DNA of 64,000 bases. It comes from Squalus acanthias. Taxonomy: Eukaryota. The stretch is taken from NCBI GenBank assembly GCA_030390025.1, contig CM059433.1, positions 5,208,001 through 5,272,000 of the forward strand, in the 5' to 3' direction. Below, piece by piece: positions 62,807 through 64,000 of the stretch; the stretch's first letter is position 1, and the number at the start of each line of letters is the position of its first letter. The notes beneath the pieces were generated by a model that did not search any database, was not told where the DNA came from, and saw nothing but the letters and a program-made list of their open reading frames with translations. Position numbers and translations under genes: made by a program.

Positions 62807-62844
62807 TTACCTGACGAAGGGGAAACAGCTCCGAAAGCTTGTAA
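62807..62844 (+). ncRNA. Minimal hammerhead ribozyme motif (H1), plus arm
   Basis: UUAC-CUGACGA-A-GGGG(AAACAG)CUCC-GAAA-GC-UU-GUAA. Confidence 0.8.
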
Positions 62845-63403
62845 TTTTAAATAAATCTGTTGGACTATAACCTGGTGTTGTGCGACTTCTCATTTTTAAA
62901 CTAAACAGTAACCATTCATGGGTGATGTCACCACTAACACTTATTCCCTTGACTCAATCACTTTACATTTCAGAAAACAAGCAACGCCTTCTCCTCACGA
63001 CACTTCAATGTCATCCTGTTTATATCTCGGAAAGCCTGACACTTCCAGGAAAACCTGTTGCTTTAAGATACAAAGTAGTTCGACTGTTAAACTTTTAACT
63101 GTCAGGATGTCCAACAACCCCCTGCGCAGAGCTGGAGTGCTGTGTGTGAGACCCTGGGTGCCTCGTCCCCGGCTTGCTGAGCCGTTTGTGTTAGCGCTGA
63201 AGCACTTTTCCCGGATTTTTAGGCGCGGAAGGGAATTCAGCTTTAAGAGCTGAAGACTCCCATTTGGGAATTCTTTTTAATGTTAATTTTTTTTCAGATG
63301 GCAGTTGAGCTGTAAGTCCTGAAAACTCCATATTTTAAATGATTTTTATTTTTATCATTTCAGAAGGCATTGCCCTTTTAAGAAAGAAAGAAAGAAAGAC
63401 TTA

Positions 63404-64000
63404 GGGGGAAAGATTCGGTTGATTTGCGCCTCACGTTAGCGCTCTAAGAGGGCACAAAGCAACTAGCGCCCGTGCACGGTGCCGCTAACGCCTCCCGCAA
63501 AATTCAGCGGGAGGTTAGCGGCGGCAGTAACCGTTAGCGCCCCGCTCGCACCCTGGCTGCGATCTTCGGTAGTGCCCCCTGAATTACCACCGGACGCTAT
63601 GTCCGACAGGGTCAGGGGGGCCTACCTGCGGCCGGGGCGGCGCTATTTAAAGTGAAGGTGCTGGGCGGCCATTTTTGTTGCTGGCCGCCTGCCAGCACCT
63701 GCCCGCTTTGCCGTCCCCGGCCTTCTGTGCAGCCCCCCCACGGAGTGCCGGCTGCGCTCCGTGAGCCCGGCACTTCTCTCGAGTGCCGGGCTCTTTTGCC
63801 GGCACTCCGATCCCTGGTGGCCCAGCTGGGCCCCGGGTTGTGCTGCGCTAGGCCCCTCCCCTTTAATAAGGGGAGGAAGGCCTGCAATACTGCGGCGCGA
63901 CGTGCCGCAGCGCCATGTAGCGTCGCGATATTCACTCGCAGCGCCCCAAGAGGGAGGCGGGGCGCTTCCAGTAGCACCCCGCCTCCCTCTTGGGGCGCTA
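63404..64000. mobile_element. MITE family M1, copy 3 (runs off the window), inserted into a SINE-type (AAAG)n tail
   Basis: Starts GGGGGAAAGATT after TTA; collinear with 17631-18300. Confidence 0.85.

Larger units (their letters stand above)
62671..62895. mobile_element. Palindromic H1 PLE insertion with 12-bp TSD
   Basis: Inverted arms 62706-62797 and 62804-62897; TSD TTAAACTAAACA at 62659-62670 and 62896-62907. Confidence 0.88.

Overview
Eukaryotic, repeat-dominated DNA, most likely from a shark or other elasmobranch (HE1-type V-SINE, Deu-domain SINE, abundant CR1-type LINEs). I recognise no host-gene exon, so this is probably a large intron or intergenic region. Nearly all ORFs in the track are transposon fragments or low-complexity artefacts. 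Contents: many 5'-truncated LINEs of two CR1-group families, L2 remnants, one young RTE-clade LINE with a 31-bp target-site duplication (TSD), PIF/Harbinger transposase and Myb/SANT remnants with related MITEs, hAT MITEs, possible solo LTRs, and a 3.4-kb 21-bp minisatellite. The most interesting signal is a set of small Penelope-like-element (PLE) insertions, each with a 10-14 bp TSD, carrying minimal type I hammerhead ribozyme motifs (CUGACGA...GAAA). They fall into two families, two are head-to-head palindromes, and stem I shows compensatory change between copies. All coordinates were read by eye and may be off by a few bases. No alignments, folding or database searches were run.
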